Shown in pieces: positions 24,480 through 36,702 of a stretch of DNA of 64,000 nt; within the stretch, counting starts at the first letter, position 1; each line of letters begins with the position of its first letter. A model generated the notes under the pieces. That model saw only the letters and a program-made list of their open reading frames with translations, had not been told where the DNA came from and made no database searches. A program made the translations under genes and the position numbers. Origin of the DNA: Octopus sinensis (lineage: Eukaryota); NCBI RefSeq assembly GCF_006345805.1, contig NC_043003.1:72540001-72604000 (forward strand), given 5' to 3'.

Positions 24480-25130
24480 GTGGTAGGGTGGTTGGGTGGT
24501 AAGTGAGGGGAAAAGGGAGGCGGGAGACTGCAGGGCGGGTTCGGGGGTTAGAGAGCAGATGCACGGTCTACGGAACGTGTTCTGGCAAGGGCGGTGGAGA
24601 TAGTGGTGAGGGGGTATCCACGTAGGATGAAGTGGCGAGCCATGAGTTGAGACTGAGTCTCAATCCACGTAGGATGAAGTGGCGAGCCATGAGTTGAGAC
24701 TGAGTCTCAAAGTCATGGTCGTCACTACAGAGCCTACGTAGACGGAGGAATTGGGAATAGGGGATGGAAAGCTTGGTGTGTTTGGGGTGGGAGGAAGAGA
24801 AGTTTAGGTATGAGTGTGAGTCTGTGTTTGTAGTTAATGGAGGTGGTAAGAGTGGAGTGATGAATGCTGACTGAAATATCGAGGAAGGAGACAGAGGTGT
24901 TGGAGATAGTTGAGGTGAAGTGGAGGGCAGTATTGAACGAAAGAGAGGAAGGAATCTAGATGTTCACGGGAGAGTGAGGTGGCACCGATAATGTCGTCAA
25001 TGTAACGACCGTATAGTTCGGGAGTGGGACCAGTGAAACTAGAGAATATTTGGGCCTCAACATAGCCAACGAACAGGTTCGCATAGTTGGGGCCCATTCG
25101 CGTTCCCATGGCCACTCCCGAGAATGTTGG
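24480..25130 (-). mobile_element. Penelope-like RT fragment
   Basis: GVAMGTRMGPNYANLFVGYVE..YGRYIDDIIG; a 47-bp tandem duplication lies near 24617-24710. Confidence 0.85.
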
Positions 25131-25896
25131 TAGAACTCCTAGCACTATGACCCGGCATTGCTGGGTCTAGCTTTAGTGCTTGTTTTGTGCTAAATCCCTT
25201 TCTTTGTTTTCGGAAATTATGTTCGCCTTTCCATCGCATATGTTTTTTAATTCGTTTGACTGAACCTCTGCAGATTATGAGCCCACCCAGAAGTGCAGCT
25301 GCACTGGGTAATTAATCATCGAAAATTTGGCGGCTTTGTTGAAGATGAAGGGGAGCATGTTAGGAAATCGATAAAGACCATTATGAAAGAAAACCTTCAC
25401 CAACAAATGAAATGAATAATCAGGGCTGACAAAGTTTTCAAATTTCCTAGCGAGCGGAAAAAGGTAACTGGAAATAAATTCGCATCTCAATTTTCACTCG
25501 TATCTCAAAACACAAAAGCAGGAAATTTTACTTTGTATCTTAGGTCATTCGTACCTCAAGTTAGGCAAAAAGAAAAGGTTACAGTCAATTTAAATGCGGA
25601 AACCCACAAGGAATAGTTTTATTGAGTTTCAACTGACTGATTGGCAATTTTGGTAAATTCAAATCAACTTAAGATTTCTTGTACCAAAAGGATCACCCTG
25701 ATAACCATATGCTCCTGCTGTGTTGGTAGCAAATGATTTGGTCTTAGGCTGAATGCAAACAAATAAACGTTTTTTATGAAGATATCCCTTGTGGGGTCAA
25801 CTTACCCATTTTTCATTTTTAATCCTACTTGAATAATACATCCTGGGCTCTCACTGGATAACTTGAATCAACTGAAAGCATAAAAGTAAAGCTCTT

Positions 25897-26006
<110 letters not shown>

Positions 26007-26324
26007 ATGATTATATCTATATATGAATATATATATATACATATGTGTATGTGTTGTGTGAAAATATGTATATGAATATATATATATAATATATATGTGA
26101 ATATATGTATCTGAATATATTATATATATTCATATATATATATATATATGAATTTATATATATATCTATTTATATTAAATTAGAGATAAAACCACTATTA
26201 GGCAAATCAAACAATGAAAACTTAAGCTAAATATAAAATTAATTAATTTATATTATTTTAAATATATATCAAAATTATTAAAAGTTTATTTTATTTTATT
26301 TTTTATTTTATTTAGTTTCAGCTC

Positions 26325-26965
26325 CATCCACCCCATGCAGGTCTCTTAGGTTCTTCGGGAGGATATTGAAGAGCTGTGGGCCTCGGAAGCCCAGGCTATC
26401 ACAGTATCTTGTCCTACATCTTGATAGCAAATTTGGTATCCTTGGCACTATGCAGTGGCGCCCAGTTCTGGCATTTGTGTAACTCTCGATGCCAAAGTTT
26501 GGGACAAGTCCTTCTAGGATCTTCCAGATGTATATTATGGCATATCTTTCTCGCCTACGCTCTAAGGAATAGAGTCTCAATCTCTTGAGTCTTTCCCAAT
26601 AGCTTATATGCTGCACAGAGGCTATCTTCTTCATGTAGCTTCGTTGGATCGCCTCAAGTTCTGTGATTAACTTGACACTGGATGGTGACCATAGCTGAGA
26701 GCAATAGTCAAAGTGGCTTAGGACAAGTGTCCACCAGAGGACCATCATGGTTTCCTGGTCTCTTGTTCTAAAGGTTCTAAGAATCCATCCGGTCAGCCGC
26801 CTACATTTCATTACCAATTTAGCAACATGCACATGAAAGGTTGCATCATCACTCATGTAAATACCCAGGTCTCGCACTGATTGTGCCTCTGGGATTGCAA
26901 TCCCTCCAGGTCCAGTGTATTTATTGGGTATTGCATTTAGTTTTGCATGCTGATAGTATAAAGCT
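26325..26965 (-). mobile_element. CR1/L2-group LINE RT C-terminal fragment
   Basis: RDLGIYMSDD..WILRTF..DYCSQLWSP..LEAIQR..YWERLKRLRLYSLERRRERYAIIYIWKIL. Confidence 0.9.
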
Positions 26966-27230
26966 TGAAATATGAATATGTATATATATAGATATATATA
27001 CGTATTTGTATAATAATAGTAGGGAATATAATTCCAAACTTACAGGGAAACATTCAATTTAGCAATTCTAAATCAAATTTCACGATATATAATACATGTA
27101 TATAATCAAGAGAAATAACCTATATTAAGCAATTCAATAGTGAAAGACATTATCTATACCATATAGATAAAATTTAAATATACTATGAAAAATATTATTC
27201 AGAAAATCAATAAATTAAATAAACATTAAC

Positions 27231-27330
27231 TTGACTACGCGCGTTTCGTCATTATATCTTTAATTCGATAATAATAAAATCGATACTATTAAAATTAATT
27301 CGATTGAAATATAACCACTCTTCAGCTCTA
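27231..27330 (-). ncRNA. Type I hammerhead motif (core intact, stem I weakened)
   Basis: Minus strand: UAGAG-CUGAAGA-GUGGUUAUAU...AUAUAAUGAC-GAAAC-GCGC-GUA-GUCAA. Confidence 0.6.
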
Positions 27331-27515
27331 AAATAATAAAATGAATGCATGTATCTTAACATGTAATAATTAACAAATAAATGTAGATATATACGTATCG
27401 TAACAATAAATAATCGAATAAAATTTAATATATTTATTGTTACGATACGTATATTTCTATATTTATTTGTTATTATTATATTTATATATTAACTTGGCGA
27501 TAACTATTAATATAT

Positions 27516-27551
<36 letters not shown>

Positions 27552-28055
27552 GTATGTATATATGTGAATATATATATATATATATTATATATATATATAT
27601 ATATGTATATATGTGAATATATATATATGCATATATATGTATAATGAATACATATATATATGAATATATATATATGAATATATATATATATGAATACATA
27701 TATATATATGAATATATATATGAATGCATATATATATTCATATGATTGATTCTAGTTTCAGCTCACGAGCTGCGGCCATGCTGGGGCACCGCCATTTGGT
27801 GTTGCTACATGGTTTTACTTCACGAATGCTTTTTAGCAACTGCCATTTGGTGCATGAGAGAGTTCGATGCAGCTGCCCTCATCTGCACCTCCTGCCGTGA
27901 AGTTGGTTCATCTGGGATACCTGACAATAAGAGATCCAGTTTCACTTTTCACATATATATATATGAATGCATATATATAGAATATATATATATGAATATA
28001 CATATATATGAATATATATGAATATACAATATATGAATATATATATATATAATAT

Positions 28056-28113
<58 letters not shown>

Positions 28114-28114
28114 T

Positions 28115-28278
28115 AGGCGCAGGAGTGGCTGTGTGGTAAGTAGGTTGCTTACGAACCACATGGTTCTGGGTTTAATTCCCACTGCGTAGCAACTTGGGCA
28201 TGTTCTTCTACTATAGCTTCGGGTCGACGAAAGCCTTGTGAGTAGATTTGGTAGACGGAAACTGAAAGAAGCCCGTCG

Positions 28279-28280
<2 letters not shown>
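28115..28280 (+). mobile_element. SINE family A, 5' half
   Basis: GGCGCAGGAGTGGCTGTGTGG head through GAAGCCCGTCG. Confidence 0.8.
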
Positions 28281-28348
<68 letters not shown>

Positions 28349-28449
28349 TATATATGTGCGTGTATATATATATATATAACCTAACCTCAATTCTCCTTAA
28401 TTAGACATGATTATAGAGTACCAACTAATAATTCTATTTGTAATTCCTA

Positions 28450-28830
28450 AACCCGAATACTTGTGAGGTAGAAGGAAACTGTAAAGTGAAAAATTTAGTA
28501 TACTAAGCAACAATTATTACCTATAATCTCTCTAAATTTACGTAGATCGTGCGTACACAAAATTCTTTCAAATTGAGATTACATAATCATATCTCATCCT
28601 TTATTGACCCTGGAATGAAAATAGCACAGATCTATTCGAAAAGATTTGGCAACTGACAAGCAGCAAATTAGATTACTCGATTTCTTGAAAAATTCTTTGT
28701 TCAGCTGTATCCCATTGGCATAATAACAGGATCTGCAAATTATGTCTCGAAGAAATTCACAAAATAATGAAAATGAACGATTTTCTTGTAAATTCGAGAG
28801 ATGAAAAAGTTTTTCTTGCAGACATATGTC
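28450..28830 (+). mobile_element. PLE GIY-YIG endonuclease remnant
   Basis: CEVEGNCKVKNLVY, FKLRLHNHISSF, KIWQL and ICKLCLEEIHKI, interrupted by stops. Confidence 0.7.
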
Positions 28831-29927
28831 AAAATTCATCTTTTTTAATCTTAAATAATCTTTCCACCCACCTACCTTAACTACTTTCATCTTATTCCTT
28901 CTCTTTATAATTCAGTTTTTTGTATAATACCTTTCTTTACATTATTACTACTTACGTATATGATTTCTATTCTTTAATACACTCTATTTTAATTATCTTA
29001 CACTATTTGGTTATTCATATGTTATTCTACCATTCTTCCATATATTGTATGACTTCGTTTTATGAATTAAAAACCTATACCAAATATTCATACTCCTTCT
29101 CTTTCTCAATATATATTTTTAGACAATCTTTAGACCAGTATTTAATATACACACATATATATATACATTATTCATATGTAATCTATTGCCTGTCTGTATG
29201 ATGCTTTTTATTTTTTACTATTGATATATGCAAACAACTTCTAATACTTTTTAGTGAACTATTTTGGCCTTATATATCTTTTTTTATTATCCTTTCCCCC
29301 TTTATAAGTTACCTATTCCATTTGTATAATATGTATTTATTTTTTAAAAAACTACCTCTCTTAACTAACCCATTTTTTTCTTAATTTTTAAAATTATTTT
29401 GTGTCTTACAAATCTACCTACATTAATCAAAATCTTACAGATGATATGTGCTTATTCTAAGTGCACAACAGTAATTCTAAGTGCACAACAATCACTTCCA
29501 CTAAATGTACACACTCTCATAGATATAGTTTATCTACCGTTTTGGTTATGCGTATAAATAGATTTATAGTATTTCCACATTCTTTTCTCTTTATTAGTAT
29601 TAATATTATTTTTCTATAATAATTATTATTATTACTACTTCTATCGTCTTTTCAACTTTATATTAACACCGTTTAATATAATTAATAGATTATATATTAT
29701 ATTCTATATTTCACTTATAAAACTTATAAACTTTATACATATATGAATGTCATATATGTTATCCATATTATTATACAAATGTATATGGATGTACATATGT
29801 GTGTATACATCTGCATATGCACACATGCGTATATATGTGTATATATGTTCATATATATATTTGAGTGTATACACACGCACACACACACACACACATATAT
29901 ATATGTGTGTGTGTGTGTAAAAAATTA

Positions 29928-30090
29928 ACAGAATGAGATAAAAGTCCAAGCCTGAGAAAGATTTTAGAACATTTATAAATATGTCTTACAGCTGTTTCCG
30001 GGATATATAAAATATCCCGGAATCAGCTGTAAGATCTATTTATAAATGTTCTGAAATCTTTCACAGCTTTGGATTTTTATCTCATTCTGT
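29928..30090. repeat. ~160-bp palindrome containing an HHR 3' half
   Basis: Arms of about 80 bp around ATAAA; minus strand at 29983-29998 reads GAAAC-AGCT-GTA-AGAC. Confidence 0.85.
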
Positions 30091-30099
30091 AATATGTAA

Positions 30100-31020
30100 G
30101 ACTAAAAACGTAGTTTACCAATGTGTCGTACACACAAATAGCCATATAAAATCCTATATAGGAACCACGAAAAACCAAATGATACTTATGTTACAATGCA
30201 CATAGTTTAATAGCTATATCTGGAAGCTTAAGGACAAAAAATAGAATATAGATTAGAATGGCGCATACTCGCAAAAACTACTTCTTACAACTCTACCAAT
30301 AGACGGTGCGATCTCTGTTTAACCGAACGCCTGGAAATTCTAACGGCTAAACCACCTCCTCTTAATAGAAAATATGAGAACGGTCATTTTTGTCTACATA
30401 TAGGCCCCTTTGTCTTTTCCAAGTATTGGTAAACTCGCTTGATTCTCTACAAATCCTACGCTAGCATCTTCATCTAAATAATCCCATTTAGCCGGGAACC
30501 ACTTAAACTACGTACACGCAAACATTCACATCCCAACCCCCACTCTCTTTACACGCCCATAATAAATTATTTTACGTCTACAGAGGGCTTCCTCCATTAC
30601 TACGAACTTCCTACAACTTCAAGTCCAAAAGGCACATAAATTCCTTACTCACCCCGGATTGAGTAATCCAGATAGAGTTAGCTCCCTTTTCACCATGAGT
30701 TAGAGTTAAACCCCTTTCTTTACACCACCGGGGAAAAGTCTAACCAGAATAAACACGTGGAAAATATGCACTTACTTAAACTTGGGACTACAGATCAAAA
30801 TAACCTCCATCCTACATCCACTTCGCAAGAGAATTATCAACTAAGAAACCTACTATAATGTAAGACTCACTATTCTTTGTCTTTAATCTTGTTACCAATG
30901 TATCCCTATGTCTTTCGCTCTTCTTACCTCTACATATGACTCTGCATTCTGATGATGTCTACCACAAAAACTGGTAAACAGAAACGATCGTAAATGCACT
31001 ATTACGACCAATTTTCTTTA
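30100..31020 (+). mobile_element. PLE 3' fragment (GIY-YIG end plus 3' UTR)
   Basis: EWRILAKTTSYNSTNRRCDLCLTERLEILTAKPPPLNRKYE; ends with an intact HHR. Confidence 0.8.
30943..30998 (+). ncRNA. Intact minimal type I hammerhead ribozyme
   Basis: UGCAUU-CUGAUGA-UGUCUACCA(CAAAAAC)UGGUAAACA-GAAAC-GAUC-GUA-AAUGCA: 6-bp stem I, 8/9-bp stem II, palindromic stem III. Confidence 0.85.
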
Positions 31021-31829
31021 TTAAATAATTAAATTAATGGCTTACTAGTGCAAATGACCAACTTCTTCCAGTTATTGTTCCGCCATTTTCTTCTTGCTTA
31101 TAATTTAAACGACGGTTTACCTGCTGAATTACCTGCTACCGTATACCTTTTACCAAGGACTATACCTACGCAGGTAATCACCAGGAGTGCCTTTGGATTT
31201 AACCACCCCTTAGAGGTTTTAAACATATATGGGTACAGGACGTCACCAACGGTTCAAACAACATGAAATATGTAAACAGGGGGGTTAAATGCATAAACAA
31301 CGAGAAAAAATGGAGAACGGGACAAGTAAACACAGAGAAATGGCCCTTCATCAGTTACCAGCTGTCTATCTACTCCTCATTTCGAGCATTCTAGAACAAT
31401 ATGAGTTTTCAAAAACAGTTGCTCCCATAAATTCTAAAATAAAATTCATGATTTAAGGAAGGTCAAAGTTGAGAACAAAAACATGACAGTGGAGACATAA
31501 AAAGAAACCGAACGAAAACAATCATGGAGAGTCGTTAGACCAAAATGAGAGGAAAATAGTGAACGGTGTGAGAAATATTTTTTGAAAAGAGAAAAGACAT
31601 AACAGGGAGAAAAAACTCCACTCTTTTGAACATCCGTGCAGGAAAAGGGAGATGGACGATGTTCACGTATATGTGTATGTGTGTGTGTGTCCTTAGTGTA
31701 TCTTATATCCAAAAAAAGTACGCTCTAAAGCATAGAGCAGTAATATATTTATATGCAGTTAAATATATGTCTGGTCATAGAGTGGATGATGGTTATACAT
31801 CCATAAAGCACTTAGGTCAATGGATAACT

Positions 31830-32280
31830 TGTCAGACTCTAATGGCGAAAGCCAAATAGCCCTTCAAACTGCGGAGGTAGAAATCCGTTACAGTAAGTTA
31901 GTTTGCAAAGGATAAACAATCCGCGGTGGTGAAGACTGGTTATCTCCCTTAGATCAGTCATTTGGCAGTTCATATTGGCTAAAATGGTGAACGGGGAATT
32001 CTGTCCTTCATTTGTTTGTAGCTCGGACTTTTCGGATCTAATTGATGAATGGGGAAACCTATACTTGCAGTAGATAACATTTGGAATGAATGCAGGGACT
32101 ATAAATCTCATTTTGGGAATTTAATAATCCGTGTTTCGTGGGGCCTTTGAGGATCCTTGCTCGCCCAGCTATGCAAAGCTTGCAGCGTCCGCTCCCGTTG
32201 ATATAGGATCCCGGCTTCTCTATGATCCTCCACTTGATACTATATGGGGTCCTTTCGTCTTTAAGGCCCCACACGTGGTT
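31830..32280 (-). mobile_element. PLE GIY-YIG C-terminal remnant
   Basis: WGLKDERTPYSIKWRIIEKPGSYINGSGRCKLCI..LLNSQNEIYSPCIH. Confidence 0.75.
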
Positions 32281-32704
32281 GACCAGGGACGTGACGATTC
32301 ATCTTTCCGGAATCCTGAAACAGGAGTCGTAGCTGTGCAGGCACCACTTGGAGGCAATTCCAACTCACCCGATATATTTCCAGACTTAAGTGCTGGTTGT
32401 TTTCGCATCTCTGGTGCATCTTCCGTTGGCTCCGGGTCTGGAGATGTTGTTGTTGTTGCAACTGTTGTTATTGGGACTGTTATTTAGAAGCGTGGGTCTG
32501 GTGATATCGTTGTGGCTGTCGTTGTAGTAGTAATCCCTGGCCGTTGTGTTGGAGTTGCTGCTGCACCGATGGTAATGTGGCTGCCATCATTGGTAATACT
32601 AGGCATGGGACCAGTCACGTGCCCAGTATATATATATATATATATATATCAAATCATGCCTGGTCATAGATATATAACCATGCCAACTGATAAATTCATG
32701 ACCA

Positions 32705-33115
32705 ACTGCCATGAATTTGAAGCCTCTCCCCCACCCCCCCCTTTCGCGAGCGCGCATTTTTTTTATCATATTCGTTTAGAGCAAGTTGTTTTACACCTAT
32801 TACGCTATTTTTGTTTTTGTTTTTGTGCCCGGGTCAGACGCTTTCGGAAATTCCCGATGTAAATTTTCCGAGGCCTCTCCCCCACCCCTCTTTCGTGAGT
32901 GCGCATTTTTTTTGTCATATTCGTTTAGAGCAAGTTGTTTTACACATATTACACTATTTTTCTTTTGTTTTGGTGCTCGGGTCAGCACCTCAGACGCTTT
33001 CGGAAATTCCCGATGTGAATTTTCCGAGGCCTCTCCCCCACTCCTCTTTCGCATTTTTTTTTTTCATATTCGTTCAGAGGAAGTTGTTTTACACCTATTA
33101 CACACATTTTTTTTC
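32705..33115. repeat. ~155-bp tandem repeat, about 2.6 copies
   Basis: Unit GAGGCCTCTCCCCCAC..CATATTCGTTTAGAGCAAGTTGTTTTACAC..CAGACGCTTTCGGAAATTCCCGATGT. Confidence 0.85.
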
Positions 33116-33239
33116 GTTTCTTTGAATGGTGTAACGCTTTAGTTTAACCACATAAAATTTTATTTGTTTTGTCAGATGAAGTAGAGTTGCACAAAACAAA
33201 GCACAGATGGGCCAGAAAATCCTTTAGCAATTCCCAACT

Positions 33240-33572
33240 CATGTTTCATGGTTTAGTCTCACTGCGTGACACCTTTGGCAAATGTACTCTACTATAGCCT
33301 CTGGCTGACCAAAGCCTTGCGAGCAGATTTGGGAAATGGAAACTGAAAGAAGCCCATCACGTGCGTGCGTGTGTGTGGGACCACCGCTTAACAACTGGTA
33401 TTGGTGTGTTTACGTCCCTGTAAGTTAGCGGTGGTTCAGCATAAGAGAACGATAGAATAAGTACCAGGCTTTAAAACAAAAATAAAGTACTAGGGTCGAT
33501 TCATTTAACAAAAGATTCTTCAAGGCAGTGTCCCATTATGGCTGCAGTCTAATAACTAAAATAAGCAAAAGA
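33240..33572 (+). mobile_element. SINE family A, diverged
   Basis: Partial head and tail match. Confidence 0.65.
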
Positions 33573-34169
33573 TAATGTTGTAGCCTCAATTTCTTTATAA
33601 TTACCTTTACTTAGTCAATGTACAGTTTTGTGAGCTATGTTTCAATTAAAATGAGATTAAGGGTATTTTGTTTGAGTTCATTTGAATTATTTTACCGCCC
33701 GTCCGCGTACACACACACACAAAGCACAAACATGGTTGTACGGTTAAGAAGTTTGCTTTGGAACCATATGGTTCGAGTTTCACTCCAACTGTGTGGACAC
33801 TATTGGTTCATATATATTTGGAGCGAATGGCAAAACAAGAAAAAGTAGCACTCGATACATTTGTTACAAGTTAGCTATATTTTTAATAAAATTTTATTCA
33901 CCTCCATACGACGTAAAGTTTTGTGGATGCCCAATACACGTCCATCTCATCAGCTCTTATGAAAAGAGTGACAAATTTGAGACAAATTTAAGATGACTTC
34001 TAGATACTATATGTAATACTTTAATATTCATCACTTCATCGGTAATTGAAATCCAAATAAATGTTTAGATTTTAACTGCCGAAGAGAGAGAGAGATAGAT
34101 AATTATTCTATAAACGTATAATAGATCTTTTATGGAAAAAAACATGTACAATAGTTATTTAAATATTTT

Positions 34170-34585
34170 AGGCGCAGGCTTGGCTTTGAGGTAAGGAGTT
34201 TGCTTTTCAACCATATGGTTCCAGGTTCAGTCCCACGGCGTGACACCTTGGATGTATGTCTTCTACTATAGTCCAGGACCGATCAAAGTCTTATCAGTGG
34301 ATTTGGTAGACAGAAACTGGAAGAAGCCCATCGAGTATATATGTATATATATAAGCATGTGTGTACGTGTGAGTGAGGGTGTGTGTTTCTGTGTTTGCCC
34401 CCACCACCACCTCTTGACAACCGGTGATTTGTTTACGTCCCATAACTTAGCGCTTCGGCAAAAGAGACCGGTCAAAAAGATACCGAGCTTTAACAACAGT
34501 AAGTACTGCGGTCGATTCGTTCGACTAGAATTCTTCAAGGGAGTACCTCAGCATGGCTGCAGTCCAATGACCGAAACAAGATTAT
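34170..34585 (+). mobile_element. SINE family A, diverged
   Basis: Full-length match. Confidence 0.75.
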
Positions 34586-34595
34586 ATATATATAT

Positions 34596-34815
34596 AGGCG
34601 CAGGCGTGGCTGTGTGGTAATAAGTTGGCTTCACAGTCACATGGTTCCAGGTTCAGTCCCACCGTGTGGTGCCTTGTACAAGTGTCTTCTACTATAGCCT
34701 CGGGCCAACCAATGCCTTGTGAGCGGATTTGGTAGACGAAAACTGTAAGAAGCTCTTTGTTTGACCTTGTTTGTCCTCTCTATGTTTAGCTCCCTGTGGG
34801 CAGTAAAGAAATAGG
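34596..34815 (+). mobile_element. SINE A head joined to a SINE B-type tail
   Basis: Family A head to about 34752, then TTGTTTGACCTTGTTTGTCC..GGGCAGTAAAGAAATAGG as in family B tails. Confidence 0.6.
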
Positions 34816-35199
34816 AAACTGCAAGAAGCCCGTGGTATATATGTATGTACCCAAATTGACTGAAATACTTAAAAAGAATGTATTACAATACCAACACAAG
34901 GGAAGTAACAACTGTCCAAGTGATTACTTAATTATCTCCCTTTTGTGTATTCTCTTCTGTATTTTGCACTACCTGTTGACGAGAGCGAATCTTGTGAAAT
35001 TTCACACAGCCGAATGCCAAAATAAAGACAACGTTCCCACCATTTTTACGTCCAGCATTTAAAAATGCACAAATTATCCACCAATGCTGTGTTGTATGCT
35101 CATTTACATTGTTCACCACTATCGTGTGTATATATATATATGTTGTCCCTTTTTGTATCACCTAGCTGTCCGGATGTTTTGCGTTCTTGTCCCATTTTG

Positions 35200-35262
<63 letters not shown>

Positions 35263-36479
35263 ACCGGCGCACGTACACTTTGGTCTCATATATATATACT
35301 ATAAACACACAGACACACATCAATACCTAAATTTTAAGTCGTGCCATCCACCACATACAAACGTACATCCCATACTGCCTAGCCAGAAGAATTGTACTAT
35401 TGTAGAAGATGCAAATATCAGGAACAAACGCCTAATAGAACTAAGAGAATTTTTGCTCAAACAAAAATACCCATCTCTACTTATAGAAAATGGCATACAG
35501 CGGGCTATAAAAATACCTATACAACAACTTAGGACAACCCAGGAAGAGGAAAACAAGAACAAGTCATACCATTCATAGTGACACACAACCCATGTCACCA
35601 GAATATCTTCAACATTGCCAAAGCAAACCTACCAATCATTGCCCAAAGTAATGAATTAAAAGACATAATCACGGATCGAGCTATGGTGCTTAGTAAAAGA
35701 CAGCCTAAAAACTTGAAAACATTACTAACAAGGCAAAATTTGACCTCAGCAACAAAGACCAAACATTCACGGTATCTAAATGCAATGATAGCATGTGGCA
35801 CATGCCAATTCATACATACCGGTCAATATATAAACACAAAAACCGGGAAAATATTCACAAACGCGAATATGAACTGCAAAAGCAGAAATTTAATTTACTG
35901 CATCAAATGCCCAAATTGTGAAGAAATATATGTAGGTCAGACGGGAAACGCACTATTAGAACGCTCACGTGTACACCGGCAACAGATTAGAGACCCAGAG
36001 GTCCGTCAGATACCTTTGAGTAACCACCTAGCAACATGTGGCCGGAAAATATATATATATTTCCATTCTACAAATTACACAGCCCAAGTGAAATCGAGAG
36101 GAAAATCAGAGAAAAGAATTTTATTGATAAATTCGAACCCAAGCTAAATAAGCAATAATAATAATAATAATACTTAGAGGTATTACTTCCACTGCTACGA
36201 CCATGACCACTAACAACAACAACAATACTAAAGGTGATCAAGACGAAGATAGCAGGAAAATTATCTTATTTAGGGTTAAAAGTTCTATTGCCATAACCAT
36301 CACCACTAGCAACAATAATTAAGGTGCTGACAATGATGATGATGACAATTGAAATATAAAAATATAAAAATCTCTGACAAAGGATATATACAACATTTCT
36401 AAAAATAACCCAACAATTGCTGCTTCGGCCAGGGTCAAGATACAGGACTCTTGACATGTCCAACAAAGCGTGACGCCTA

Positions 36480-36596
36480 AACCAATCAGCTCAACCAACC
36501 AATCAGCTTAAGTAATTGAGTGATACCACACACTGATTGGTCAGAATACAGTTTGCAAAACCTAGCACTCTGGAGCCTACCCAGCTGTATTTATAG
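36480..36596 (+). promoter_or_regulatory. Candidate pLTR promoter
   Basis: CCAATCAG at 36482 and 36499, reverse CTGATTGG at 36533 and TATTTATA at 36588, upstream of the HHR and the ORF start. Confidence 0.4.
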
Positions 36597-36658
36597 CACA
36601 GAATCAATCATCTTGCTACAGTCAAAAATTGTGAAGCATGACTGTCAACACTACTACA

Positions 36659-36702
36659 TGAACCGAAGATTGCAGAATTCAATGCATGAAAGTACTAGTT
36701 CA
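36659..36702 (+). ncRNA. Variant minimal HHR in the pLTR (1-nt core deletion)
   Basis: UGAAC-CGAAGA-UUGCA(GAAUUCAA)UGCAU-GAAA-GUAC-UA-GUUCA. Confidence 0.5.

Noticed and set aside
25270-25620. Protein-like frame HPEVQLHWVINHRKFGGFVEDEGEHVRK
   Set aside because: Contains stops and matches no family I can name; a translated homology search would be needed
29435-29480. CAGATGA plus a TGTGC/GCACA hairpin in a PLE 3' region
   Set aside because: No GAAA or cleavage half; too decayed to call
31335-31390. CTGATGA and GAAA on the minus strand as an HHR
   Set aside because: I could not form stems I-III consistently in any topology
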